Assembly: GCA_951406725.2 (NCBI GenBank)
Contig: OX597817.1
Span: 111,910,001-111,974,000 of the forward strand
Direction: 5' to 3'
DNA from: Octopus vulgaris
Taxonomy: Eukaryota
DNA: 64,000 nucleotides
In this document: piece after piece, positions 1 to 12,362 of the stretch
Layout: the number at the start of each line of letters is the position of its first letter
Position numbering within the stretch: the first letter of the stretch is position 1
Notes under the pieces: model-generated
Databases searched by the model: none
Told to the model about the DNA's origin: nothing
Seen by the model: the letters and a program-made list of their open reading frames with translations, nothing else
Program-made: the position numbers and the translations under genes

Positions 1-27
1 TTGACACTGGTTTTGTATTGCGTCTCA

Positions 28-28
28 A

Positions 29-106
<78 letters not shown>

Positions 107-127
107 GTATATATGTATATATATACA

Positions 128-199
<72 letters not shown>

Positions 200-432
200 T
201 ATATGCACATGTATATAGACTCAAAGATATTGAAAAGGTTGCAAGATGCAACAAAAATTTTTAAAAATGAAAAAAGAAATAAGTGGAAATTTTATTGGTG
301 AGCGTGTTAAATTATAAGGCACTAAAAGAGAATGACTCTCCCCAGACACCACAGAATATGCTTCAACACACGGACTCATATAAAGAATCTTGCAAACCAA
401 AAACAGAAATGAAATATATATACATGTGTATA

Positions 433-502
<70 letters not shown>

Positions 503-674
503 TATATAATAATAAGAGTAAATAATTTCCTTGATGGTTTTTTAAAAAACCAACAATTATTTACTGGTAGATTTCGGTATGTAAATATAACCATTAGAGG
601 CAGGAACTTCGTGAAGTTCAGTATGTATTGTATATAAGTAGAACCTGTTGCCTGGCCCTTTCTACATATATATA

Positions 675-709
<35 letters not shown>

Positions 710-838
710 GAATACATGTATATTTGTATATATATATGTGTATATATATGTACATTTATATATATACATGTAAAATTTCCACATTTTTTAAATTTTTTAA
801 AATTTTTTGTTGCATCTTGCAAAATTTTCAATAGTTTT

Positions 839-880
<42 letters not shown>

Positions 881-940
881 GTATATATACATATGTATGT
901 ATATATATGTATATGTATATACAATGTATATATATATAAT
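28..940. repeat. (TA)n/(TATG)n microsatellite cluster with interspersed short repeat fragments
   Basis: Long TA tracts at 28-213, 415-508, 665-770 and 842-938; source of the YI-rich ORFs. Confidence 0.95.
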
Positions 941-1039
941 GGAGAAGTTGTACAAAATGTATAAATGGATGATGAATAAAGAACTGGCACAGTTTCAATT
1001 ACCTGTTGTTATCCGTAGATTTACTGCAGGGACTTCATA

Positions 1040-1348
1040 GTGGCGGTTGGGGGTAACAGTATTAATAAAATAGAAAATGGAATGTGTAATAGACTTTAAA
1101 AGCATCCAGTCCACACTGTAGAGTGGTTGGTGTTTGGAAGAGCATCCAGCTGTAAAAAAACCTTACCAAAACTGACCTCGCCTGTGCATTTGCCACATAA
1201 AAAGCACTAAGTCCATTCTGCTGAGTGGTTGGTGTTAGAAAAGGCATCCAGCTGTAAAAATCCTGCCATAACAGTCAAGAGCTTGGCCAACTCTTGTAGA
1301 ACTGTCTCACCCATGACAGCATGGAACACAGACGTTAAATGATGATGA
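1040..1348 (+). mobile_element. Short retroelement fragment with RTE-type 3' tail
   Basis: Two copies of gtggttgg..ttrgaagrgcatccagctgtaaaa, ending agcatggaa..gacgttaaatgatgatgat like the RTE 3' end at 5940-6089. Confidence 0.7.
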
Positions 1349-1366
1349 TATATATATGTATACACA

Positions 1367-1404
<38 letters not shown>

Positions 1405-1411
1405 CACTATA

Positions 1412-1685
1412 ACCTCATGCCAACCAAAGCCTTGTGAGTGGATTTCATACAGGGAAACTGAAAGAAGACTGTTGTATATATGTGTATATTTGTGTGTGTG
1501 TCTGTACCCTCACTCTCACTTGACAACTGTTGCTGTGGTTATGTCTTCATAAATTAACGGTTCGGCAAAAGACACCGATGGAATAAGTACTAGGCTTACA
1601 AAGAATGAATCCTAGGGTTGATTTGTTTGACTAAAAGCGGTGCTGCAGCATTACTGCAGTCACATGACTGAAACAAGTAAACAAT
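1412..1685 (+). mobile_element. SINE family A, 3' part
   Basis: accaaagccttgtgagtggattt..ggaaactgaaagaag..gaataagtactaggcttac..gactgaaacaagtaaa; shared with 36301, 39343 and 57052. Confidence 0.75.
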
Positions 1686-1706
1686 GAAAAACTATGCTGT
1701 TTTAAT

Positions 1707-1734
1707 CCCGAGCAATGCCGGATATCTTTGCTAG
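1707..1734 (+). mobile_element. Helitron 3' terminus
   Basis: cccgagcaatgccgga hairpin followed by CTAG|T; same end as at 48875 and 59176. Confidence 0.6.
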
Positions 1735-1999
1735 TTTGGAATAAATTTGGAAAGCTTTTTGTAAACCCTGTGAACTAATAAGTGCTTGTCAGTCGTCAGT
1801 ATACTATTCTAGGCTTAAATGTGATTCACAAATAGCAACGATATCAATTCAGTTTCTATCCAGTAAATACAATTATTTAATTGGTTAAATGCTCAATAAT
1901 CAATCTTCTTAAGTTCTGGACATAGTTTGGTAAAACAAATAAAATTAAGAGGCTCACATTTTGCATGTGTGTGTGTGTAAAAATAGAAATGAGAAACTC

Positions 2000-3300
2000 A
2001 GAATAGCAAGAGAAAGATGCTTTAGGTTCCAATAAATTAATAAAACTCTCCTACATATATGTAGTACATTTTCCCATTTTTTAAAAATTCAGATACATTA
2101 ACTTTAGCAAAATGTATCAGTAAAAGCTGCACATATATTCATATATCTCTTGGTTGTGTTTAAACAATCTTCTCATCTTGTCTGCTGATGTCTTTTAAAG
2201 AGCACAACATAGTGCTAGTGGATGTATTGTAAACTTGTGATTCTTCAGACTAAGAATCTATGCACATGTTCATTTCATCTCATTAATTTTGTAATTTAGA
2301 ATATAAATCGTATGAGGATTACATAACAAATGGATAAATGTTTTCCTTTAGGAAAATGTTACTCTACATGATTTTAAACTTCAGTCTCAAGGAAATATTC
2401 ACTTCAAAAGGGTTTAATGTTTGGTTATCAAGTCAATATTCCTCTTCAGATGCCAATATTGCATTGCAATTTTGTATTTCTTTTAATCATAAAAGTAGAT
2501 CACATTGTAGGAAAGGTCAATGAGTGATCTTTATAAAATAGAATAATTTCCTGTTAATATTTGAATATAATTTTTAACCATATTTCTTGATATATCTAAA
2601 TTTTTTTAGCTTTGTGTTCAACTATCAATAAGTAGCAATTAAAATATGGATTAACAATTATGAATTTCTGGTTTAAAAGGAAATGAACTAAAATGAACTT
2701 GGCTGCTCAAAAGTTGATGTGTTGCATTGCTACTGTATAGAGATTTTTTTTTGTCATAATGCAACAAATATATATAATTTTCTTTTTCATATAAAAATTA
2801 CTTTTGAGGTATGCTTATTGGCATTAAATATCTTTAATATAGTTGCTGTAAATTATAGTTTAATTTTGATTTGTGCAACATTTTTCTAATTTTATAAAAT
2901 CCTGTTTATAAAAAAGATTTTTTGCAATTTTATCAAATTAAAATCTTTTAATATATTCTTGTACAAAGTTTCACACGTTTTGCTTAAAACTTTCAGATCT
3001 TTCAAAAGCCAAATATTCAATTTTTGTGGTGGGTTTGGATGGACCTTTCTCTTTTTATGCAGTTTAAATTTATTTGTAAAAAATTTTGTGATTTCAGCTT
3101 AATTTTTCTTAAGGTGTTTTCCAAAGTAATTTTTCTTGTATTTGTATAACTTCTACATTATTTGTTTTGAAAAAAAAATTTTATCAATTTTGAGAAGCTT
3201 CTATTTTTTAAATAATTTTAATATGTAATTTAGAAATTAATAAAACTAATTCATAAGCTGAAATTATGCTTTCTTTAAAAGATATTTCTCCTCCCTGTTT
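2000..3300 (-). mobile_element. Highly degraded non-LTR retrotransposon RT relic (possibly R4/Dong-like)
   Basis: Minus-strand fragments resembling LLID, I(R)RGI...LxP and GKMYYIYVG (YKYLG-like); many stops; boundaries uncertain. Confidence 0.35.
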
Positions 3301-3487
3301 AATATATTAGCTCAAGCAAAATAATAACATTCCATGAGTAAAAAATAAAATTATAAATTGTGAAGAATTCTCATTTACTACTACAATGTAGAGTCATTTC
3401 ATTGAGAACTATTTTTGTACTTTTTAACTATAATGAAATAAAAAATATTTACACAATTTAATGCTTTTGAAAATTAATCTTTAATTT

Positions 3488-6400
3488 CACTGGGGAATAT
3501 TTTTGAAAAAAGTTTTAGTTGTCTTGCTTTTTACAATCAGTCTTACCTAATTTGATAATGCTGGGTTCAGAAATGCCCTCAGAAATTTTCTATCTCATCA
3601 AGTTTTTTGTCAAACAGGAATCCATATTTTTACCAAAAAATGTCAATTTTTCCATTAAATGCAATGCGGAAATAAGAAACCAATGCAAACCAAATAGTAC
3701 TTTTTAATGTTTAACAAATATATTACACAAAATGTTTAATTACACATCTTATGCTCAAAATATCTGTCGGCTATAGCTTAGTCACCCGTATAGTTAACCA
3801 GGTGATACATGAAGGAGTCATACCCAATGACTGGTGTAGCAGCATAATAGTCAACTGCTACAAAGGTAAAGGCGACGCCCTAGATACAAATAACTACAGG
3901 GGCATCAAGCTGCTGGATCAGGTAATGAAGGTTACGGAGAGGGTTATAGCCCAATTAATTAGAGAGAGAGTTAGCTTAGATGATATGCAGTTTGGGTTCG
4001 TGCCAGGGAAAAGTACTACTGATGCTATATTCCTGGTAAGACAGCTGCAGGAGAAATACCTAGCCAAAGATAAGCCCTTGTACCTGGCCTTTGTTGACTT
4101 GGAGAAAGCCTTTGACAGGGTCCCCCGATCCCTTATCTGGTGGTCAATGAGGAAACTAGGGATAGATGAATGGTTAGTGAGAGCTGTGCAAGCCATGTAC
4201 AGAGACGCTGCTAGTAAGGTGAGGGTTGGCAACGAGTACAGTGAAGAATTCCGGGTAGAGGTTGGGGTCCACCAAGGTTCAGTCCTCAGTCCCCTCCTAT
4301 TTATCATAGTCCTCCAGGCAATAACGGAGGAATTCAAGACAGGATGCCCCTGGGAGCTCCTCTATGCTGACGACCTTGCTCTAATTGCTGAGTCACTATC
4401 AGAACTGGAGAAGAAGTTTCAGGTGTGGAAACAAGGATTAGAATCGAAGGGCCTTAGAATCAACCTAGCCAAAACCAAAGTCCTAATAAGTAGGAAGGTG
4501 GACCAATCACAAACGACTTCAGGTAGATGGCCCTGCTCGATCTGTAAAAAAGGTGTAGGTAGAAACTCTATAAGGTGCACCAAGTGTAAGCTATGGACAC
4601 ATAAGAGGTGCAGCAATGTCAAAGGAAGGCTAACTAGGAAAATAGTTTTTGTCTGTGGCAGATGCTCAGGAGCAATAAACACTGGAAATGTGCAGAGACC
4701 AACTTCTACCACGTTCCAGGGAGACAAACTAGAAGTAGTTGATAGCTTCCGCTACCTAGGAGACCAAGTCAGTAGCGGGGGTGGGTGTGCTGAAAGTGTA
4801 ACTGCTAGAGTAAGAATAGCCTGGGCAAAGTTTAGAGAGCTCTTACCCCTGCTGGTGACAAAAGGCCTCTCGCTCAGAGTAAAAGGCAGACTGTATGATG
4901 CATGTGTACGTACAGCCATGCTACATGGGCCGTGACTGCTGAGGATATGCGTAAGCTTGCAAGAAATGAAGCCAGTATGCTCCGATGGATGTGTAATGTC
5001 AGTGTTCATAATCGTCAGAGTGTAAGTACCTTGAGAGAAAAGTTGAACCTAAGAAGCGTCAGTTGTGGTGTGCAAGAGAGACGGCTGCGCTGGTATGGTC
5101 ATGTGACGAGAATGGCTGAAGATAGTTGTGTGCAAAAGTGCTACACCCTAGCAGTTGAGGGAACCTGTGGAAGAGGTAGACCCAGGAAAACCTGGGACGA
5201 GGTGGTGAAGCACGACCTTCGAACTTTAGGTCTCACTAAGGAAATGACTAGAGACTGAGACCTATGGAAGTATGCTGTGCGTGAGAAGACCCGGCAAGAC
5301 TAGTCAGGCCATAACCCGTGGCCCCTACCTGGGACGTAGTCAGTCCACCTGTGCATACCTTCCTTCTTGTGAAGACCTGTTGAGGCAAGTGAAAATCAAA
5401 TCAAATCAAATCAAAAACAAATCAAAATAGATGAACATCAATGGAATTTGTATCTTTGTGGTACCAGTGCCAGTGGCACACAAGAAAACCATCCGAATGT
5501 GGCCGTAGCCAGTACTGCATCGACTGGCCTCCGTGCTGTGGGCACATAACAAACACCATCCGATCGTGGCCGTTCACCAGCCTCATCTGGCACCTGTGTC
5601 GGTGGCACACAAAAACACCATCCGAAGACCCGGCAAGACTAGTCAGGCCATAACCCGTGGCCCCTACCTGGGACGTAGTCAGTCCACCTGTGCATACCTT
5701 CCTTCTTGTGACACTTGTCACAAGACAAGTGTCACCGAACGTGGCCGTAGCCAGTACCGCATCGACTGGCCTCCGTGCCGGTGGCACACAAGAAAACCAT
5801 CCGAACGTGGCTGTAGCCAGTACCGCATCGACTGGCCTCCGTGCTGTGGGCACGTAACAAACACCATCCGATCATGGCCGTTCGCCAGCCTCGTCTGGCA
5901 CCTGTGTCGGTGGCACATAAAATCACCCACTAAACTCTCGGAGTGGTTGGCGTTAGGAAGGGCATCCAGCTGTAGAAACACTGCCAGATCTGACTGGCCT
6001 GGTGCAGCCTTCGGGCTCCCCAAACCCCAGTTGAACTGTCCAACCCATGCTAGCATGGAAAGCGGACGTTAAATGATGATGATGATGATCAAACTGTAGT
6101 TTCAGCTACTCAAGGAATGAACTTTCTCTTTGCTACTTTATGTAAATAAATTGCATCATGACAGTCTCTTTGCAGTGACCAGCAGTAGACAGCACCATAA
6201 TGGTGTTCCACCTGTCTTAATAGCTAGTCTCCATGTTCTTGATGTCTTGGTAGAATCTTTTTCCTTGCTCATCACTTATTGTACTATGATTTTCAAGGAA
6301 GTAGTCCAGATGACTATGTAGGAAGTGCACATTTACACTCATATTGCAGCTCAGTGCTCGAAAACTGGTTAATATGATTTGCATAAGTTCTTAATAATTT

Positions 6401-7549
6401 GATGGCTTTCGGTTTCCCTGGTAATTAAGCACAACTGCAGCAAAAGCATTCCATGTTTCTTTTTCAGTGCCATACATAGTTTCCAAAAATAGCTCGTCTT
6501 GCAATAGCCACCTAATATGTGGCCTGTCAAACACACCAACCTTAATTTTCTCACAAGATAAAACTGAAAACTTTCTGTTTAAGTATCTCAAGCAGTCACT
6601 GTCTGATTGCTTCAACACATGTTTTACACACTATATGGGGTGCCCAGGTTTTGTCTTGTCACCCATCTTCATGCTAAAGTAAGTGTGGTAAGCTTTCTTC
6701 ACAAAAATCTGTGATTTTGTTTCACTGCCGAGGTGTAACATCCACAAACATAGCAAAAGATATCAGGGCTGTTTTTACATTTTCTTCTCTCACAGCTGGC
6801 CTTATTTCTGAAATACAAAACATATTCAAGCCAATTGTCACCTGGGAAAAGCATTTTCAGAATTGTCAACTGTTATAAAGTAAGCAGATGAAGATTTGTG
6901 ATGTTATAGTTCCATAAAGAGCATACATACAATGAAATTCTTTTCGTAGTTCTTTGACCATGCTTGATGAAAAATGACCCATGTGAATTCACAATTAAAA
7001 CATTAAGGGTACATTCAAAATACTAATCTTCATAAGAAACAGTTAAAAGTTCAATAAAACATGTCTCATCTAGTTTGCAATGACAGTCACACTAAATCAA
7101 GTAGTGTGAGCATATCTGCAGACAAATTCCACAGATATGAGACATGTATGACGTCAAGGCCCACAAAAATATGTTGTTTCTTAACATCCAATTGTATAAA
7201 GGACATTTCTGTCATCATTGTGATGTTTGAAACAGGTTAGACTGAAAATAGTGGAAATTGCTCAAGTTTGATACTTTTTATTTACTAAAGATATTTAAAT
7301 CATGGCTTTTGTTTTCACTTTTGTAGTTGCATTTACTGTAAATGACATTGCAAAACTATGTTTCCAAGCACCATAAATGGGTTTGCATTTGATGAAATCA
7401 AATCTATCCTTAAAAATGGTGACAATACTAAAAATGTTGGAAAATGGACACTTGAGTTTGTGAAAAATCTTGACATGACAGAGCAAAATGGATTTCCTTT
7501 TTGAAATCAGCACCCCAGAATGTGTAGACAAGAACCCTGTTCCCTAGTG
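3488..7549 (-). mobile_element. Chapaev3-like (CMC) DNA transposon relic, interrupted by an RTE LINE
   Basis: TIRs CACTGGGGAATA / TGTTCCCTAGTG (10/12 match), TTT on both flanks; transposase fragment KFSVLSCEKIKVGVFDRPHIR...ETWNAFAAVVLNYQGNRKPSNY (6391-6618). Confidence 0.7.
3751..6089 (+). mobile_element. 5'-truncated RTE-clade LINE (RT, PHD-like insert, 3'UTR repeats, (GAT)n tail)
   Basis: ORF 3751-4935 with NYRGIKLL, FVDLEKAFDRV, GVHQGSVLSP, YADD; continues by frameshift in 4902-5258 (LRWYGHV, GRGRPRKTW); ends aaatgatgatgatgatgat. Confidence 0.95.
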
Positions 7550-7651
7550 TTTTAGAATTGTATTTTTTTATCAACTGGTTTTAAGAAAAGTATATTATTA
7601 TCAAACTGTATGAACAATGCTTAGATCTAGTGTCATTGTTAGATGTTTCTA

Positions 7652-8943
7652 TTAGACAGAGCTGTGATTTCCAAATATTGAATATTTGGGCTTAATTTGA
7701 AAGTTTGCAGAAAAGGAAAAGAAAAAAATCCCATTCAAAAATGAAAGTATTTTAAAAAAGCAAAATGTATCAACTAGATAATGGTTGGGAGATAACAGTT
7801 TACTCAAAGTAGCCACCCTAACTTCCACCACAGCCTTGAGATGGCTCCAGAATTTGGCACATGCATTCCTCAAAGTCCTTGGGAAGACCTGTGAACACCT
7901 ACTTGATTTTGGCCATCAGCTCAGCCTTGGTGTTGCAGTCAAAGTGGTTGGTGAATTTCTCAACCACACCCCACACAGTAATCCATGGAATTACAATTGG
8001 GAGAATTAGGTCATAAATTGGGGCTGGTAAATTAAAAATTTTCCAACTGCCTCTAACTCTTTCTGGAGACATGGCAAGGAGCCAAATCCTGCTACTACAC
8101 ATATAGCCTTCCAGCAGCAACCCTCCCCAGCTAGTGTTTGACCACAGTCTCCAGTAGCTTCACATAGCCATCTGAATTGAGGCTAAGGCCCTGTTCAAAG
8201 ATGTGGAGTGACATGATGTGACATTCACTGGAAAAACACCAAAAGACCATCACCATTTGAAGGAACTTGGATTTCATGATATGTAGGACATCACATGGCT
8301 TGTAGGCAAGCTACCTGTTGTTCTGAGTGTTTTGCAACTGGTCCTACTAGAGGTTCTTTTCGTCTGAGAGGAACCAGATCATCCCTGGTTCAGCAGGATA
8401 CCTCAGCTTGTTCAGGAGCTTCTTTGATTTCATCAAGCAGTTCTTGGCCTTGGCTATCAGAATTTGTCCATTACACCTCTTGTACAAGTGGTAGCAAAAG
8501 CCCTCATTTAGGGTGAACTTCATGGTGGCAACTCCAACACCTGTCTCTCTTGCTGGAGCCCAGATTCCTTTGCTTGGATCTTCTCTTGCCTTGTTGGATG
8601 AATTCTGGTGTGCGGATGCAGTCAGAATGCCTGTTGTATCCCTTCCTGCTGGTTACAACTTTGTAGTCTCAATTCCAGTTGTCCATGTCACATCTTATAG
8701 CCTTTACAGTGTTCATAGAGCATTAAGCAGCTGTCATGATGTTGACATTTTGATACCCAGCAAGAAGGTAACTGTTTTCAATATTCAGATGGCTTCCAGT
8801 CCTTCATGTCAGTTAACTTTTCCTCAATTACAGTTTTAATCTTTATGCTTTCCAATGCCATTGACAGTTCGCCAATACATCAAGCTGTTCCTGAAAAAAA
8901 GGAGACATAAAAAAATTCTCAAATTTAGCCTGAACACTCTGTA
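7652..8943 (-). mobile_element. Tc1/mariner-superfamily (maT/DD37D-like) transposon relic
   Basis: Minus-strand fragments such as VWGVVEKFTNH..NTKAELMAKIK and NACAKFWSHLKAVVE; homologous to 49087-50400. Confidence 0.65.
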
Positions 8944-10249
8944 TGATCAATCTGTTGGTCTCTTGATATTTTTTGACATCACTTTCTTACACTGTAGGAT
9001 TATCAAGACATTGGTTATTGAAAATAGTAACTCAGGAATGCCTTCAACATTCCTTTAAGGATTCAGAAGTGGTATTTATCACTTAGGAACCATTCAACTA
9101 TTGTGCATATTTTAAATTACTGCTGAAAAGCCAATGTTAATTAAAACAAATTAGACAGCAAGAGCCTATGTACTGTTGCTTGATGTGTTACAAATAGCAG
9201 CCAAGTCTTCAAGTTACAGAATATCTTTTAAAAAAATGAGGCAAAATGCTGAAAGTAGTCCTAGATATACAAAAACAATGTGCATGGTTAGAATAGTCTT
9301 GATCTAGGTATATTTGCTCAGGACTGACCAGGGGCTATGCAACAAAGTAGAGGTGACACTTACCTTCAGAAATCTGTTATTATCTATTGTAAATATTGTT
9401 AAGTGTGACAGGCAACCATATTGCTTTGATACTTTAATTTATATTGAGAACATTATATCTTTGAATTTTTAGATTTGATTAGCCATCATTGCAATCATAA
9501 ATTAATTAAATTATATTTACTTGAAATAGTAATAAAGGTGAGTCAAGTTTACTATAACCACCACAAGACCCAGTCTTTGTTGCAGTGTGGTAGCTTGTAT
9601 GCCCATGGAGTAGCAGCTCCTAGTAAGGCTTCCCATTTTGGACAGGTCAAAGTATAGAGGCCAAACTAATACATGGACCAACTCTTTCCTGAAGTAAAAA
9701 TGGATTTGTGTTGGTCCAATATCTCTACCTAAAAAAAAAAAAAAAAAAAAAAAGGTAAAAGCATTGATGACAATTTAAACCCAACAAGACGTGGGGGAAG
9801 AAGTACCCTTTAACTTGCCATGTTCGAATTTATAAATGTAAAAATATCTATATTTATAAATCTGAACATGGCCAGAACAAATGCAAGAGAGATAACAAAA
9901 GTTGTTCCCCCTGTTTTGTATATTTATTTGTTTATTTCAAAATCCTGCAGTCTTGTAGCTTCCATGTATTCTCATCCAAAATGGAGATGAGTACCAATGT
10001 TCCATGCAGTAGGCTTGATAATCACTAAGAATTCTCAGTATGAAACCAATGGTAGCCTTGTTAACCCACAAATAAAGTATACATATATTTCATTACATTA
10101 CAGCTGATCTTCAGACCAAACCAAAGAAACTTTAATAATAGAAGGCAAGGTTTACAATATGAGGAATATTGTCTCCAGCCATCATCTCCTTGTTCTTTAT
10201 GTAGTTCAGGCTTCCGGCAGGTGAAGAGAAAAGACTTCAAGTACAACTG

Positions 10250-11900
10250 CTATTTACAACTGGTTTATTTACAGGAAAGGTGAAGTGTGCTGCTCACAGC
10301 TACCATCTTAAGCTCCGAATAGTGTGGGCACATTGCCTCTGGAGATAGACAGGCAGAAAATCTCTGCCAGTGGTTGTGTTCAGCCAGTGCTGCTGTGTAA
10401 TGGCACCAAAGAAGAGAAATTTGAAGAGGGTTTTCCCTTTATATAGTTTTCTCCATTGTGAGCCTCGTTGTGATCTCGTGCATGGTAAATGGATGCAGGT
10501 GAGGTCTCGGAGATAGCAATGGCTACCGCGAGTTCTCATCCAATATGGCGCTAGCTGCTTGTGCCGCTACAAAACTAAGTTTCCTTTGAATTTTTGATTG
10601 TTGAGAGTCTCTGTCGGTGACAACTTCTGCCAGAAGTGTTAAGTTCTACCCCATCACACCTACCACCCTGTGACAGACTATTTTGAGTATAAATGTTTGC
10701 TAAGAGAGATCCTTGGTGACAGTGTGAACTTGCATTTGAGGGATATACTCGCATGTTTAGCATGGGTGGGGTGCAATAATGTTTCTTTGTCCTGTTGTTC
10801 ATGAAGAAAAGATTGGCATGTTCCTATTGGAGTCTGTATTCATAGTTTCAGTGGAAATTTCGCATGAGGTGTTTAACCCTTTTGTTAGCATATTTCTGTT
10901 GAGATGCTCTGTGTTTCTTTCAATTAATTTAAATATAACAAAGAATTTAGTAAAATAACTTAGTTTCATTAAGCTAGTGTTAGGAACATAAATTGTGACT
11001 AGGGTTTGGTGGAAGATTTAAATTAAGAACTTTTGAAAACAAGTTATTCGTACTATAGAACCAGAGGCGGTTTCATCTGGGTTGGTATCAAAAGGGTTAA
11101 GTTGCAGCATGTGGATGATACTTGGACACAGTATGTAAGGGAAGAATATAAAGTGATATCATCCGTAGAGGACTGGGTGGCGTTAGAGGTGATGGTATAT
11201 AGGTTGTTGATGTATAAGAGGAAAAGTGTTGGGGTACATCATTGCTGATAGAGTGTGGGTTACAGAGAGCTCCATCAGTACATGCTATGATGGTGTGATC
11301 TGATAGAAAGCCACCAAGAGATGAGAGATTGATGGAGGTTATAGGCTGAATGCTAGATATAGTCAAATGCCTTGGTGTTGTCAAATGAAACAATACTACC
11401 TCCACCAAAATTTCTCATGAGGGAGAACATACTGTTCAATGATGTAGGAAAATAGGTCACCAGTAGAGATCTGGCATTGAGAGCTGTCCTGGTAGTTATT
11501 GAGGCAGGATCAAGTTTTGAGGTATTGGAAATGTTAATGGCAGTTTTAATCACCCTTTGAGATGTTGAATGTGAGGTTTTAAAAATCATGATATATTGCT
11601 GTAGATGGAGAAAACGTGAAGAGTTTGGGAGGATAGAGGTACCTCTGGTGCTCATTGGTAGAGAATAACTGACGGAAAATTGGCAAAGCTTGTTGAAGCA
11701 ACTGTAATTTTGTACTGCCGTCATGTTTGCATACATGGTGGTGAGACTGGGGTGTGCTGTATGGAAGTAGGATGCAAAATCAAAAACAAATATGGAAACT
11801 TCCTCTATGGTAGTACTGCTTATAGAGGCATAATTCTTGAGAAATGGAGAGAAGGAAGACTCAACAAATTTAGTAATGATCTTTTGGGACATTGAGGAAG
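10250..11900 (-). mobile_element. Degraded LINE (CR1/Jockey-group-like RT) interrupted by a MITE
   Basis: Fragments SISNDVPQ..LFLLYINNL..STDDITL (GVPQG/YADD-like); same family as 61800-62610. Confidence 0.6.
10877..11096. mobile_element. piggyBac-type MITE
   Basis: TTAA|CCCTTTTGTTAGCA ... TGGTATCAAAAGGG|TTAA: TIRs with TTAA TSD. Confidence 0.85.
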
Positions 11901-12362
11901 AATTATATAGATTAATCTATAAATTCAGAAAAATATTTGGTAACAATTTTAGAGTGTTTAGTATTATTTTTTGATAAAAAGATAGGTGTAGATTCTGGTG
12001 TACCACCAGTTCATAACTCTTCTCTAAGACAAGCAATGATTTTAGTACAATAATTACAACTACAGTCATATTTATGAAAGTAATCACAAAACACTTTTGG
12101 TTACATAGTTATGTAGCAAAAATATGTGTGAGTCAAGCCAATTGATGAGCCTTTACGTGGCCACACAACTATTAGAAATAGCAGCCAAATCTCCCTCAAA
12201 CCTCAAAATCTTAAAATGTGTAACAAAGAACTTCATAATACCCAAGATTACTTTAGAAAAATGCAAAGGTTTTCTTTTCTTTTTACAGTTTTCACAGTGG
12301 AATTGAAATCTCAGCTCAACCTGCTAGAAATAGCAGTCAGATCTCTCCCTAATCTTAGCATA

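Noticed and set aside
560-625. Possible hammerhead on the minus strand (ctaatgg..accgaaatc) and gaacttcgtgaagttc hairpin
   Set aside because: The core deviates from CTGANGA and stems I and III cannot be formed convincingly.
1-1040. YI/HT/CV-rich ORFs (also 14664-15311, 21123-21548, 38793-39461, 41379-42203)
   Set aside because: Translations of (TA)n/(CA)n/(GA)n microsatellites; no coding signal.
2352-2417. Possible plus-strand terminal exon (tttcctttag|GAAAATGTT...TAA)
   Set aside because: No recognisable protein or partner exons; the region looks like a minus-strand LINE relic.
5256-5258. Shared in-frame TGA in two RTE copies (also 60695-60697) as possible readthrough or selenocysteine
   Set aside because: The copy near 19065 has CGA and the minus copy near 12892 has TAA at this codon, consistent with recurrent CpG decay.
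5460-5925. CRISPR-like appearance of ~55-nt repeats (also 49330, 52080-52770, 60900-61250)
   Set aside because: Units are diverged tandem repeats without unique spacers, lie inside a LINE 3'UTR in a eukaryote, and have no cas genes nearby.
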